The position numbers and the translations under genes are program-made. The notes beneath the pieces are model-generated. The model saw nothing but the letters and a program-made list of their open reading frames with translations, was not told where the DNA came from and did not search any database. Shown here in pieces: positions 24,901 to 38,000 of a DNA stretch of 64,000 bases. Position 1 is the stretch's first letter, and every line of letters begins with the position of its first letter. Origin of the DNA: Haliotis cracherodii. Lineage: Eukaryota. The stretch lies in NCBI RefSeq assembly GCF_022045235.1, contig NW_027266264.1:73098001-73162000 (forward strand), in the 5' to 3' direction.

Positions 24901-27900
24901 CGGGGTCGAGGACAGGAGGACTCAACACAAGCCCAGCCTGGGGACAAAGCGAGACGAATGTACTTACTAACTGGTACACATTTGGAATCACGAATGGCAT
25001 GCATCAGAACACGTGAATGACAACACATGTTAGCCTGGGAACAAGAACATGGAACAAGGAGCGTAACATTTTCCGGTTTACATCTAGAGGTTACAATTAA
25101 TGATTAGTTTAAAACTGAGACATTGTTTGTGTGTAATGAGGATAATTATCAACTACGAGGTTGACACACACTTTGCATGTAATGTTTTGGTTTACAGACA
25201 TGCAAAGTACGTTTCGACTGACTTGAATATATTTGCTGGAACTGCAACTTAGCCCGAACCTAGTCTTCCTTCAGTCATATAGGACACGGGTGGCCCAGTC
25301 GTCTAAGGCGCCGCAATTAGCTGTGCAGAGTTGCGTCTCTTGGGTACGCCAGAAATCTATGATTGTGGGTTCGAATCCCGGTTCCCCCCGATTATGCTTC
25401 TAGGTTTGTCGGCACCATACCCGTGCTCGTGGGTTTCACCGAAGTGGTAAACGTCTAAGACCTGCATCACTTCGGGCTTTCCTCCCACATTAAGCTGACA
25501 CTCCGTGATATGACTGGAATACTGTTAAAAGCGGCGTTACACACACCTCACTCACTCACTCACTTGGTGAGTCATAGATCTGGCTATAGGACATGCTCCT
25601 GGATGGGTTCTTGTCATAAGACACTGACACAAGCGACAGAGCTGAGGAGGAGACACGAACCTGGGTGATCCTCCTCCTCTTCACATAACTTCACGGCAGT
25701 TTTCTTCCACAGGCCATGTGCTTGCAATGCTGTTACAATACAAGAACGTCATCAGCTGCTTATGAACGATTGTGGCGGTTGGGGGAGCCAAAAGACAAAC
25801 TTTTCAAATGCAGTTTTTCTACGCCAGACATTTTGAAAGAAACTTGATATGTTGTATATCATAATCTTTCTTTTTTGTTCAAGGACTCACTCATTAATAT
25901 TCTAGCCAAATGACGGGCTTTTTGCAGCCTAGGTTGTGGAGTAATAGTTTCCTCTTGTAAACGTTTCAAATTAGTTTTAAAAATAAAAAGATGATATACT
26001 GCCTAGCGTTGGCATATTTTAATATACTAAGTAATTCATTAATATTAATGTATGATTCTTTTACTGCCGATGTGACTTTTTCACATCACTCACGCATTCA
26101 TTGATGTTATAACCTAATAATTTTAGCTTTGTGAAATTTCCTTAAAAATCAAGCTGACATGCCGTGATATAACTGACATACGGTTCAAATGGGCGTTAAA
26201 CTTACTCACTCACCCACTCCAATACCAAATATGATTGAATATGCCTTAAAGATGCCAAACTACAGTCATATTGTTTCAAATTTCTTAAATTGCACAGATC
26301 GCTATTGAACAGCCAGAAAATTATTGTGTTTTGAAAGAGAAGATTATCGTTGAAGTACTCTAGTAAAAGATAATGAATACTCAAATAAGTTATGTACACC
26401 ACCTGAGAATAAATTGTTCTTAGCTTTATCCTTGATTCCTCAATTTCATTAGAATCCAAAAAGGGTCCTGCAAATCTACCACCAAATCCTCGTCAAAGCT
26501 TTTAACAACAAATCATTCTTACAACATTCAACATATATAAAACGTCAAGAGAATGACCAGTCTTGGTTATCCACCGAAACATATTGAAAATCAAAGATGA
26601 CACCAGGTGTTTGCGAAAAGCAAGGTCTAATCAAATAGTGTGAGAAAGTATATGAGACAAGTGGAGTTAATCACATTTGGAACTAGAACTTTCAACAGAT
26701 TTATTTGACGTTATTCAATCTCAGACCAGGAACACATTTTCAAGTTTAAACCTTTTGATTTGTCCAACCTTTACACATCTATCACTCGTGATAAACTGAA
26801 AGAGAAATTAATTAATCTAATCAAAAGGACCTTTATTCCAAATATTTTCCATTGCATATTCATTGGATGTAGTAGAGTTGTTAAGAGCTCATATAACTCT
26901 TGCTCAACAGTTCTTTGATTAGGGTTACTACATTCAAGGCCTTAGTAAGCTTTCAAAAAGCGTCATGGTTAGCTGAACAATTGACTTGCCTTTGCATGTG
27001 TTTGTGGCAGGTGTCACCGATGGGGCAGGAAAACATTTTTGCGACCTGATATCATCATTATTTAGTAGTGATTCATAAAAGAAATATGCTTATGATATCA
27101 TCGGAATCGTTCAATGGAACCTTAGCAGAGGTTTCTTATGATTATGGAAAGGTTTTTGTCACATATATTTCCATGTGCCAGTACATCCTTGTGTCACTTA
27201 ATGAGGTCAAGTTTTGCTTCCACGTCTATCTGTTTCTTAAAAGAAACAAGAAAACCTATTTTATTGGAAACTTGTCGAGTATTCCAGACATACCCACAAC
27301 TGTTTTTATTTAAAATATCACTGAACAAGGCCACACATATTACTCTCCCTGGATGTGAAATCGACAATTCCAATTGAGCATTTATATACAGCGTTAACGA
27401 CCCTCGTAGCTGTTCACTATCACAGGCCATTACAGACGTTCAAAAGCAGGAGGAGTAGACATTTTATCTCCTAAGAGCTCCGTAAGCAGTGTGCAGAAAA
27501 CAATGTGCCTCTTTCTGTGTGTGATATTGTTTATTCAAAATCCATATACTAACTTGAAATAGGATAGTAAAATAGGATACATTACATTTCAATATAAACA
27601 CCACCACCCAAAAAAAATAATAATTTTTTTTTAAACAAATTAATAAAAAAATAAATAAATAAATAAATAAAAAACAACAACATAGAAATGGCTAAACCTG
27701 CCAGGGCAATGCTTTAAACCGAAAACATCTAATGAATTATAAGCCTTGATTACGAAGATATAACATTTAGTGTCTGTGCATAGAAATTCCAAATGACCAA
27801 GCTGTAGGTCCAGTTGGATGATTTCGATTTTCCAATCGAAAGCCTCTACATTTTATTTAAATGTCAAAGAAAGACACAGTTTGCTTATTATTAAGCTTCT

Positions 27901-29980
27901 CAATCAACATTCTCCATGAAATGCCTGTTTAAGCCATTCCAGAAATATTATGGCAGATATTCACATGAATTTACTAAATATGACCCGTCGCCCACCAACC
28001 TTTTCATGGCGTTTTCACATCTCCTTTCTCATTTGCACTTACTTTGTTATAAGTTTGTGTGAGTTGTGGCTGCTACCGACAGACTAGGACATGCGTACCC
28101 TTTTCGCGAACACTTGATTTTTTATGATCAATTCCTAACATTTGCATCAGGATTTTGCATTTTTACACCTGGAAACTGTTTCAGCAGATATTCGAGACTA
28201 GTTGTTCTTAGGCGTGGGCCTTGTGAATTAACTGTGTATGTAAACTGGACAGCCTTGTTATGCTAATCATAATTATATATGGTAAAATATGCCGTGAAAT
28301 TTGCCAGATGTGGTAAATAAGATCCTCAATCCCCAGGACACTATTGGGGTCTGTTTTTTACCAAAGCGCAACCATATTCCGTACCTTGTATTTTCCTTGT
28401 GTAATCCTTCAGCAAAACATCAAACCTGACCTTCTGGAGGGGAACTGGAACATAGAGTATTATGTAAGTCGAATCTCAATATCCTAACATTTCATCAGCA
28501 GTGTCAGGTGGGTGCGAGTGCAAGAACGTGTCAGTCTGTCCGTACCTGCCTGCATGAATTTGAAATTTTATATCAGAATGTCTGCAGTTACATGATCTAA
28601 AAATATATTTTACCTGGTTGTATGAGGTCCACTAAATCTTCCAGGTGGGAAAAGTCAAATAGCCCTCTTCCAACTGGAACGAAATAATGTTTGGTCACCC
28701 TGTCACATAGTAATAATACCATCATAACAACATAAGCTTTAAACACAAGTGTTTTTAACTCTTAACTGCATACCTTGAATTTCCATTATAACAGTCCAAT
28801 ATCCAGTCTCGTGCTCATTTACATTCCTACTTTTCCTACTTCAAACTGTATGCGATAGCGGCACAACATGTTAGGAGGCACAGAACCTTAAATGAACCCT
28901 TAAAAAACCTTGCTATCATATCATAATATGACTAATGTATACTAAGCCGTACAAAAATGCATATGTCCCTTTACTCTCTGGAACGAATTAAAATTCCCAG
29001 GCTCAGCCGCCTTCTTCAAAACCGACGATCAAATGGTCGAGTTGAATGTTTTCATAGCTAAGATTGTGCATTTCGACGAAATCGATTCTAAGAAGGTCCG
29101 TGATTCATCGCTACTTACAGACCAGGCCGGATATATAAGCTGGGATCTTCGTCTCGAAGACGCTGACAATGAAGAGCACCACGATGACCAGAGCTGTAAC
29201 AGTTTCATTTGGATTTGTTCACCATAATGTTATGATAACATACTAAGGCCATACTATTTATTTCCATCTTCTTTTCAGGTGTCGTTCAATAACAAGGCTA
29301 TGGCGATATTTTACATTTCAAATTTAAGTAATGCTATTCACAGTTTTATTAAAATTAGAACGTTTACTCCTATACGAAAACTCTTGGAGATTCGCGGACC
29401 TCCATAAGTCACGTCAGGTGAATTTTCTAATCAGGCAATGGGCGTCGAGGCTTCACAATTCTCGATACGAGTGAGCAAAGCATTCACACAAGCATATCTT
29501 ATTTTTGTATCTTGAAACCGAAATAATCGGAGATCTCCGAATGCAAAAATTAAAAGTCGTGCTAGCATATCATGTATGAATATTTTATAAATTCTGTCGT
29601 TTAGGACCGCCATGACATCTTCACCGCAAAAGCTGTACTATCAAGGATATACTCATGTTCTGTGGCGTTTTGTGTGTGTGGATAAAATAGAAATGTCTGC
29701 CTTGGAATCTCTTGAGTGTTCAGCATACGCTATATTATACTCAACATTCTTTAATATACTCTGACCGTTTCATGAAAATAGCGAGTGAACGTGATTCAAA
29801 ATGGATAGCTCGTTTAAGACACTACCAACTTTGCCTACACATCTCTGAAACTCTGTGGTATGGTATGAACCTTACGAGATTTCCTAAACCGTGACATCGC
29901 TGCCATTGTGAGGTTAATAACATCAACGAAATATACTTGCCTGCTTTTTTCCTGTGCCGCGCCGGGCAACGTCCTCCCAT
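21993..29980 (-). CDS. DUF1647-family (glycosyltransferase-like) type II membrane protein, paralogue B, 6 coding exons
   Basis: Exons 29980-29941 (GC donor), 29193-29119, 25729-25661, 24937-24639, 23241-23137, 22469-21993. Phases and the 299- and 105-nt exon sizes match paralogue A. MGGRCPARHRKKAALVIVVLFIVSVF...TAASDNHFNE...YYDLGL...YAWKSFII...VWVDSSVRF...CHRFDQS. Confidence 0.8.
23522..24070 (+). mobile_element. Tc1/mariner transposon 5' fragment in an intron of paralogue B
   Basis: MPRLTRNQRHQALGRLQA...RQVAKAFQVHVRTIYRVQQRYQTTNTTDDRPRSERPRVT from 23815 is a Tc1-type paired HTH domain with a GRPR-like linker; TIR-like TATACTGAACCGCAAAATAAACG at about 23522; no DDE domain. Confidence 0.85.
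25282..25563 (+). mobile_element. SINE family S3 copy
   Basis: Near-identical to 4524-4788. Confidence 0.85.
26480..27055 (+). mobile_element. Penelope-like RT remnant
   Basis: KPFDLSNLYTSITRDKLKEKLINLIKRTF near 26748, followed by a 3' region similar to 18170-18410. Confidence 0.7.
27888..28120 (+). mobile_element. Penelope-like 3' remnant
   Basis: KLLNQ...FQKYYGRY-like translation plus CCCTTTTCGCGAACAC end shared with 18385-18400. Confidence 0.55.
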
Positions 29981-31277
29981 GTTGAAGTATGTGTCGATAA
30001 AGTGTATTCAGATCTCACCTCAGCGAGTTTCCTTATCCGCAGGTGCAAGGTTCAGCTGTTGTAACACCATCCGGTAGTGACTCCTTTGTTTGTGTTGAAG
30101 GTTTAACTGTTCACCGCGCTAACTCGGAGTTCGAATGACATCTCAGTGGTCGTGTCATCCCCGATACTAGCTCGCCCTGGGTCAACTAAAAAAGTCATAT
30201 TCAACTCCTAGTTGAATAACAATTAAAATATGTATATTAGACATTTGTAACACCAGTGTTACGCAGAACATACCATAGTATCTGACAGTAGTTTCAATAA
30301 TTCCTTATTATGCACTTTATTTTAGTTAAACTATTTGATTGGCGTTAAGTGGAGCTAAATGGGATGTCTGAAACCCTAAGTTTTCCCATCAATTTTGTTT
30401 TATGTTGCAAAAAACAAAACAAAAATATTTTGTAAAAAATGTTTAAGAAATATATTGTGCGTTACCGTTCTAGCTTATGAAATACAGTGATTTTTTTAAA
30501 GATACACTTTAACATGAAAAAATGTCTGTCCTGGTACCGAGATGAATCAAAACTGAAAAACGTATGATCCTTCAATATTCCCAGAATGCCAAATAACAGA
30601 AATACTCCTTACTTCCTGAACTATAATGGCAGCAGTGCCCTTCAAGTGAGAGAAGACGTTGGACAATAATACGTTTATTTCCAGTGTCTGTACTGCATTT
30701 AGGACGAAACAAATGTCTTTCCACAACCATTTTATCAGAATATTAGAAAATATAAACTGGTCTCAACAATTCAAGGGAGTACACATTAAACAAAATTGTT
30801 ATTAATGTCAATTTGTCTATAATGTAAGTGTCTGTGCTATTACCTTCAAACATGGACAGACACTGGTGGTAACAGCTCAGACATTCCCTGGTAACAGCAC
30901 AGACTTATCCTCACCTTACATTTTCATTTCAAACTTTACCAATCAGTTGTATAATTACCATAATAACTCAAATAATTCCTCTTGGAATAACACAGACATT
31001 CAAGAGGTTATAAATTGTTTGATAGGCATTACTTACTTAGACGTTGACGGATGACAAGGTAGACACAATGTTATGGATAACAACTTCTTTAATACTGACA
31101 AAGCAAGGTTAAGCATGCAACATTTTGGTCTTTTTCAGATTAAGACGGCTCTTTCAGCAATAGAGAAGCAGAGAAGATACAGGTCCAGGCGAGAAAAAAC
31201 CCCAGTGCTTTGCTTAGCATCGAGGAAATCATCACTACGGAAATCAATGTTATAATTTGTGAGAATAGAAACGAGAG

Positions 31278-32810
31278 CAATGTGGAGACAGGTGGTCATA
31301 TGGAGAAAGGTGAGGGCAGTGTGGAGAAGCAGGTGGTGAAATAGAGAAGGATGAGGCAGTGTGGAGAAGACAGGTGGTGAAATGGAGAAGGAAGGGGCAG
31401 TGTGGAGAGGCAGGTGGTGAAATGGAGAAGGGTGAGGCCAGTGTGGAGAGGCAGGTGGTGAAATGGAGAAGGGTGGGGGCAGTGTGGAGAAGACAGGTGG
31501 TGTACTTGAGAAGGATGGGGCAGTATGGAGGGGGAAGACAGATGGTGAGATGGAGAAAGGTGAGGGCAGTATGGAGGGGGAAGACAGATGGTGAGATGGA
31601 GAAGGGTGAGGGCAGTGTGGAGAAGACAGGTGGGGAGGTTGAGAAGGGTGAGGGCAGTGTGGAGAAGACAGGTGGTGAGATGGAGAAGGGTGTGGGCAGT
31701 GTGGAGAAGACAGATGGTGAGATGGAGAAGGGTGAGGGCAGTGTGGAGAAGACAGGTGGTGAAATGGAGAAGGAAGGGGCAGTGTGGAGAAGACAGGTGG
31801 GGAGGTTGAGAAGGGTGAGGGCAGTGTGGAGAAGACAGATGGTGAGATGGAGAAGGGTGTGGGCAGTGTGGAGAAGACAGATGGTGAGATGGAGAAGGGT
31901 GAGGGCAGTGTGGAGAAGACAGGTGGTGAAATGGAGAAGGAAGGGGCAGTGTGGAGAGGCAGGTGGTGAAATGGAGAAGGGTGAGGCCAGTGTGGAGAGG
32001 CAGGTGGTGAAATGGAGAAGGGTGGGGGCAGTGTGGAGAAGACAGGTGGTGTACTTGAGAAGGATGGGGCAGTATGGAGGGGGAAGACAGATGGTGAGAT
32101 GGAGAAAGGTGAGGGCAGTATGGAGGGGGAAGACAGATGGTGAGATGGAGAAGGGTGAGGGCAGTGTGGAGAAGACAGGTGGGGAGGTTGAGAAGGGTGA
32201 GGGCAGTGTGGAGAAGACAGGTGGTGAGATGGAGAAGGATGTGGCAGTGTGGAGAGGCAGGTTGTGAAATGGAGAAGGGTGAGGGCAGTGTGGAGAAGAC
32301 AGGTGGTGAGATGGAGAAGGGTGAGGGCAGTGTGGAGAAGACAGATGGTGAGATGGAGAAGGGTGGGGCAGTGTGGAGAAGACAGATGGTGAGATGGAGA
32401 AGGGTGAGGGCAGTGTGGAGAAGACAGATGGTGAGATGGAGAAGGGTGGGGCAGTGTGGAGAAGACAGATGGTGAGATGGAGAAGGGTGAGGGCAGTGTG
32501 GAGAAGACAGATGGTGAGATGGAGAAGGGTGGGGCAGTGTGGAGAAGACAGGTGGTGAGATGGAGAAGGGTGAGGGCAGTCTGGAGAAGACAGATGGTGA
32601 GATGGAGAAGGGTGAGGGCAGTGTGGAGAAGACAGATGTGAGATGGAGAAGGGTGGGGCAGTGTGGAGAAGACAGATGGTGAGATGGAGAAGGATGAGGG
32701 TAGTGTGGAGAAGACAGATGGTGAGATGGAGAAGGGTGAGGGCAGTGTGGAGAAGACAGATGGTGTACTTGAGAAGGGTGTGGAGAGACAGGTGGTGTGA
32801 TGGAAAGATG
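31278..32810. repeat. Purine-rich minisatellite, about 42-bp unit GTGTGGAGAAGACAGRTGGTGAGATGGAGAAGGGTGAGGGCA
   Basis: Directly visible; the 566-aa and 302-aa ORFs are repeat artefacts. Confidence 0.96.
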
Positions 32811-33183
32811 AAAATGTCAAACTGTTTGACTGCAAAAACTATCGACTCGATTCGCAGTGACTGTCAGCAACACTCAGCAGTAATAGATGAATTACATCAG
32901 TGTCTATTCCACACATCTTCATAATAAACTCAGAATTATCGGCCAAGTGATCGGTGATGAGTTACACTTAAGCGATACAGCTTCACTGACAAACGCCGAC
33001 ATTCATACAGTTTAGCTCTCACTTTTTGAAGGTTCAAAATTCAATGACGCCACACAAAGTGAAAATCAGTTCTTAATGAAGTATACATAATATTGACCAC
33101 AACAACATCTTGAATATGTAGTGTTACCAAACGTCTACAATACATTGTACGTCGAGTACGGTACTTTCTTGGCTACAATCTGG

Positions 33184-33217
<34 letters not shown>

Positions 33218-33218
<1 letters not shown>

Positions 33219-33445
33219 CCAATGCTTGCTGTAAAAGGCGACTATGCTTGTTGTAAGAGGCGAGTAATGGGATCTGGTGGTCAGGCTCGCTGACTTGGTT
33301 GAAGCATGTCATCGAATGACAATTGCGTGGATCGATGCTCATGGTGTCAATCACTGGATTGTCTGGTCCAGACTCGATTGTTTACAGAGCGCCGTCATTA
33401 AGCTGGAATATTGCTGAGTGTAGCGTTAAACAACAAACAAACAAA
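33218..33445 (+). mobile_element. SINE-like family S2 copy next to a (CA)n microsatellite
   Basis: S2 body and tail. Confidence 0.8.
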
Positions 33446-34164
33446 GGTGAGCTATGGGACCATCACGCCGTCAGTGGGTGGCAGGTCATGGCAATACTCT
33501 CTGAATAGGTCGGGTTAAAATCTCAATATATACTATACAAAAGAAGTTAAAGAGTTTTTCATATGACTATGGTTAATCAGTCATGGCTGATTGTATTGCA
33601 AACCACAGTCTAATAAATGTGGGTGTTCATTAATTTGATTTGAGTAGTATATGATGTGACAGTGTGAATGCTAAATTACTGTCCGTAAATATCATTTTTG
33701 ACATTGATTTCTGATCAACTTGTATTGTATCTCTTGCCTTGTACGAATCCACATGTATATGTACTTGCATATATTAAATGATAAACACCGCTGTTAGTGA
33801 GCCCATAAACAGGCTTCACGCATTTCGGCATAAAACTAGTAACTCTCATGAAAGGGACAATTATGTTTCGCAAAATATCGCAAATTATCCGCGGACTTTG
33901 TGGAGCTTTGGCGAAATAAAGTAAAACTGAAAGACTTTTCCCTTGTGTATGTGAATCTTTCTTACTTGCTAGGATACAAGAAAGTAAACTCATGCATGTA
34001 TTCAAAGGAAACGAGATACCATTCTGTATCTATATCTAACAAATTTATTTACTATAATACGTTGAAAAATTCTTGGTATAAAAGGCAAAATACCGGTGGA
34101 AATTATAGGAATGGATAACTGAATATCAGCAAAAAACTGTTTTAATGTACGGGTTTATGGGAAA

Positions 34165-34340
34165 TATCGCTTTCTCATATCGTTTTATCGCTTTCTCCCC
34201 TCGTTCTATCGCTTTCTCACTTTATTGCTTTCTCGAATGGTGCTATCGCTTTCTCGTCACGTGTTATCGCTTTCTCGTCTCGTGTTATCGCGTTATCGCT
34301 TTCTCGCGGCCGGAATTGATGGCTCCTCTCGGCCACCATA
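34165..34340. repeat. Short array of TATCGCTTTCTC motifs, possibly the end of a non-autonomous DNA transposon
   Basis: About 7 spaced copies visible; transposon origin is inference. Confidence 0.5.
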
Positions 34341-35048
34341 GAATCACCGTAGTGACTGTTTTAATTTCATGTAGATGACATGTTTTGCATGCCTTGGCTT
34401 TGTGACCTTGACCTTCGCTAACGTCAACGAAGAACATGCCCAACTGTTTTGGGAACACCCGATGGAATCATTGCAAATATACAATTATATTTATGAGTGT
34501 CAGCCTCGGTTAATTTGTGGCTCACATTTAGTTGGGACTTAAAATGGCATAGATAAGCGTATAAATATTCATCAGTTTGAAGATATAATATAATACAGCG
34601 TGCGACATGAGGTTGATGTTATGTTTAACTGAAACTAAGCCTGCTTTGAAAACAGGGTCTATATGCACTCCTCTATCGACAAAAAACAGCAGCGTTTTAG
34701 AATTCAGAAATATGTTTTCAGCATGATCCAGCAGGTACTCACATGGCAGTGTACACGGTAAACTTACACGTATCTAATGAAATATCGTGAAGTTCATAAA
34801 ATCAAATAATAATATTTAATTCGAATTTTTTTTACAGGAGTGTCAAACGCTGTGTTACTAATGTTATGCAAATGCTGTCTGATAATTTAAAATCACAGGT
34901 CAAATCAGTTGTTTTATCATGTGTTTGCAAAAATGGCAACTTATGAGTACACATGCCAGCGTTGCCTACCTGTCACTTATCAAGCAATGCGGTGGCGTTC
35001 TCGATAACACTATCTCGCTTTGCAACGCGTGAGTCAACAAAATTCAAA

Positions 35049-38000
35049 ATGGCGGGCGAGCGGACAAATCTCCTGCTCCATGGCCTGGGAACGTTGATCA
35101 TCGCGACGGCTACGATTACCTTAATGGTTGCTGTGTTCACGGACAATTGGATACAGTCCCCTGTGGAGGGGTCCGGATTCCAGAAGGCAGGTTTATGGAA
35201 GATCTGTCTGGTTAACTACGTCATACATAGAAATGTACAGACCCCTAAAGGCTTAGTTGGGTGTTACAGTTTTGCCGACCCAATTTTCTATGATGTTCAG
35301 GATTGGATACACCCCAGTAAGTATAAGACTAAATATTTCATACTGTAATTTATAAACACTTGGCAGTAACACTCTATTGATATTGCTGTGTTTCTAATGT
35401 ATGTCAGATACCTTATATCCTATTTCCGGTAACGTCAACACAGAAATCGTTACAAAAATACCGAACCTCGAAGATCCAGGCTGGAATAGGTCTTCAGCAA
35501 CCCATGCTTGCCGTAAAAGGCGACTGTGCTTGTCGTAAGATGCGACTAACGGGATAGGGTGGTCAGGCTCGCTGACATGGTTGATGAATGTCATCGGATC
35601 CAAATTACGTGGATCGATGCTCATGATGTCAATCACTGGATTGTCTGGTCCAGACCCGATTATTTACAGACCGCCGTCATATAGCTTGAATACAGCTGAG
35701 TGCGGCGTTAAACAACAAACCAACCACAAAATACCATTTATCATGATGATCGTGGTCATAATGTCGTAATAATGAGTTGTTCATTCCAACAAGCTTCTTT
35801 CTAACTTAAATAACCGCGGTAAAATATGTATTTGGTTCCTAATTGTAACCTATGTATGTTACATAGTTACATATAATTCTAAGTTTTAAACCCTTTTTTA
35901 TTTTGAACAAGTTGTTTCGAATCAAATCACTTTGGAACCGCTGCTATGACTCTGCTTGAATGTGAGGACAGTGTTCATAACAGACTTTCACATTGTTTGT
36001 TTACGTTATGGATAATCTTGTCATGAGGTCAAGCTCGTGTGTTGACTGTCATACACCAATTCAGTCTACGCATTGCTGTTATGATGCGGGAGGAATGTTA
36101 GCGTTGTTATCGTCATAGGCCATTTTCAACAATACAACTTGCTTTCGGGGAATGATGCAGCCATACTCGGGAATGGGAGGATAGTACTTGACCTGCCTCG
36201 TCAGTGTGTAATTAACCAGGATGTAGCTTACATTTCTGATAATACTCGATGCACGGAGACGGAAACCCTTATCTCTAAGGATACAAATAAACAATATTCA
36301 AACTTTTTTTTATCCTGACAATTCCTGAATAACAAAACAAAATGGTTATTTCTATTTTATCTTATTACAATTATTTATAATGGTCACCCAATTTAACGCT
36401 TTTTACATCATTTATCTGAAGCTTGCTATATGGCTCCGTTACATTGACCTTCTGTCGCCCAGCTTCAAGTTGCTACCGAAACATTTGTAGCAATGTATTT
36501 GTAGTTTGTATTTCAAAAGCCTCTTGGCCACTCATCTGTAAGTATAACATTATCAATAGTCCATGAATATGTTCAAAGTTGGCATCGCATTTCACTGCAT
36601 TTCCGTGTATTTATTCCGTATCAATATCTGTCAGTTATACTTTGGTAAATATGCCCGTTGTCCATATTTGGATTGACCGCTGTTTTCAAGTCTATATGAT
36701 GTCTCTTTGTTTTAGTGTGGCTGAAGGCAGTCAAGGGCATGTTGGTGATGTCTCTGTTCTTCAACGTCTTCAACCTGTTCTCCTCGGCCTTCTACCTGGT
36801 TCAGGGGAGGGCACATCTCCTCATCCCCATCACTGTCCTAGGCAGCATATCAAGTAAGCTCCATCCTCCTGAGTTTTCACAACTCCTGATCCTACAGCTA
36901 CCAAGCCATGCATTTTTTTTTTTTTAAATATCAAATAGTCTGTCCGTGATGCGTTTGTAATAGTTGCAATGAGTTTACACTAGGATACACGGTCGTCAAT
37001 AAGACTTTTATGTACATGTATATCACTCTCCGATAAGCAAAGTATATACATTTCAGTCAATGCACCCCAATTGTACCACCCAATCCCGCAGTCATAAAAC
37101 CTTTGACACGCCAATTCAGAAGTGTTGGAAAATAATCACTGTGGGGTTGAGACCTAATAATGTCCTTAAGATGTTACGAGTACAAGACAAGACATAATCA
37201 TGTCCTTACAATTGTACGAGTATAAGACAAGACCTAACAATGTCCTTAAAAGTTTGACCCGTGAAGATCCGGGGTAGACTAGGTCTTCAACAACCCATGC
37301 TTGCTGTAAAAGGCGACTATGCTTGTCGTAAGAGGCGACTAACTGGATCGAGTGGTCGATGCATGTCATCGATCCAAATAGCGTGGATCGATGCTCATGA
37401 GGTCAATCACTGGATTGTCTGGTCCAGGCTCGATTATTTACAGACCGCCGTCATACAGCTGGAATATTGCTGAGTGCGGCGTTAAACAACAAACCAGCCA
37501 ACCAACCTTAAAATGTTACGAGTACAAGACAAGACATAATAATGTCCATACAAGTGTACGAGTACCAGACAAGACCTAATAATGTCCTTACAATTGTACG
37601 AGTATAAGACAAGACCTAACAATGTCCTTAAAAGTTTGACCCGTGAAGATCCGGGGTAGACTAGGTCTTCAACAACCCATGCTTGCTGTAAAAGGCGACT
37701 ATGCTTGTCGTAAGAGGCGACTAACTGGATCGAGTGGTCGATGCATGTCATCGATCCAAATAGCGTGGATCGATGCTCATGAGGTCAATCACTGGATTGT
37801 CTGGTCCAGGTTCGATTATTTACAGACCGCCGTCATACAGCTGGAATATTGCTGAGTGCGGCGTTAAACAACAAACCAGCCAACCAACCTTAAAATGTTA
37901 CGAGTACAAGACAAGACATAATAATGTCCATACAAGTGTACGAGTACAAGACAAGACCTAATAATGTCCTTACAATTGTACGAGTATAAGACAAGTCCTT

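Noticed and set aside
31135-32835. 566-aa Ser/Pro/His-rich ORF as a mucin-like or shell-matrix protein
   Set aside because: Lies wholly in a minisatellite whose 40-43-bp unit variants shift frame; the peptide repeat changes register; no signal peptide
34953-35048. N-terminal extension of claudin C1 from the upstream ATG
   Set aside because: ATG 35049 has the AAAATGGCG context shared with the paralogues and the expected distance to TM1
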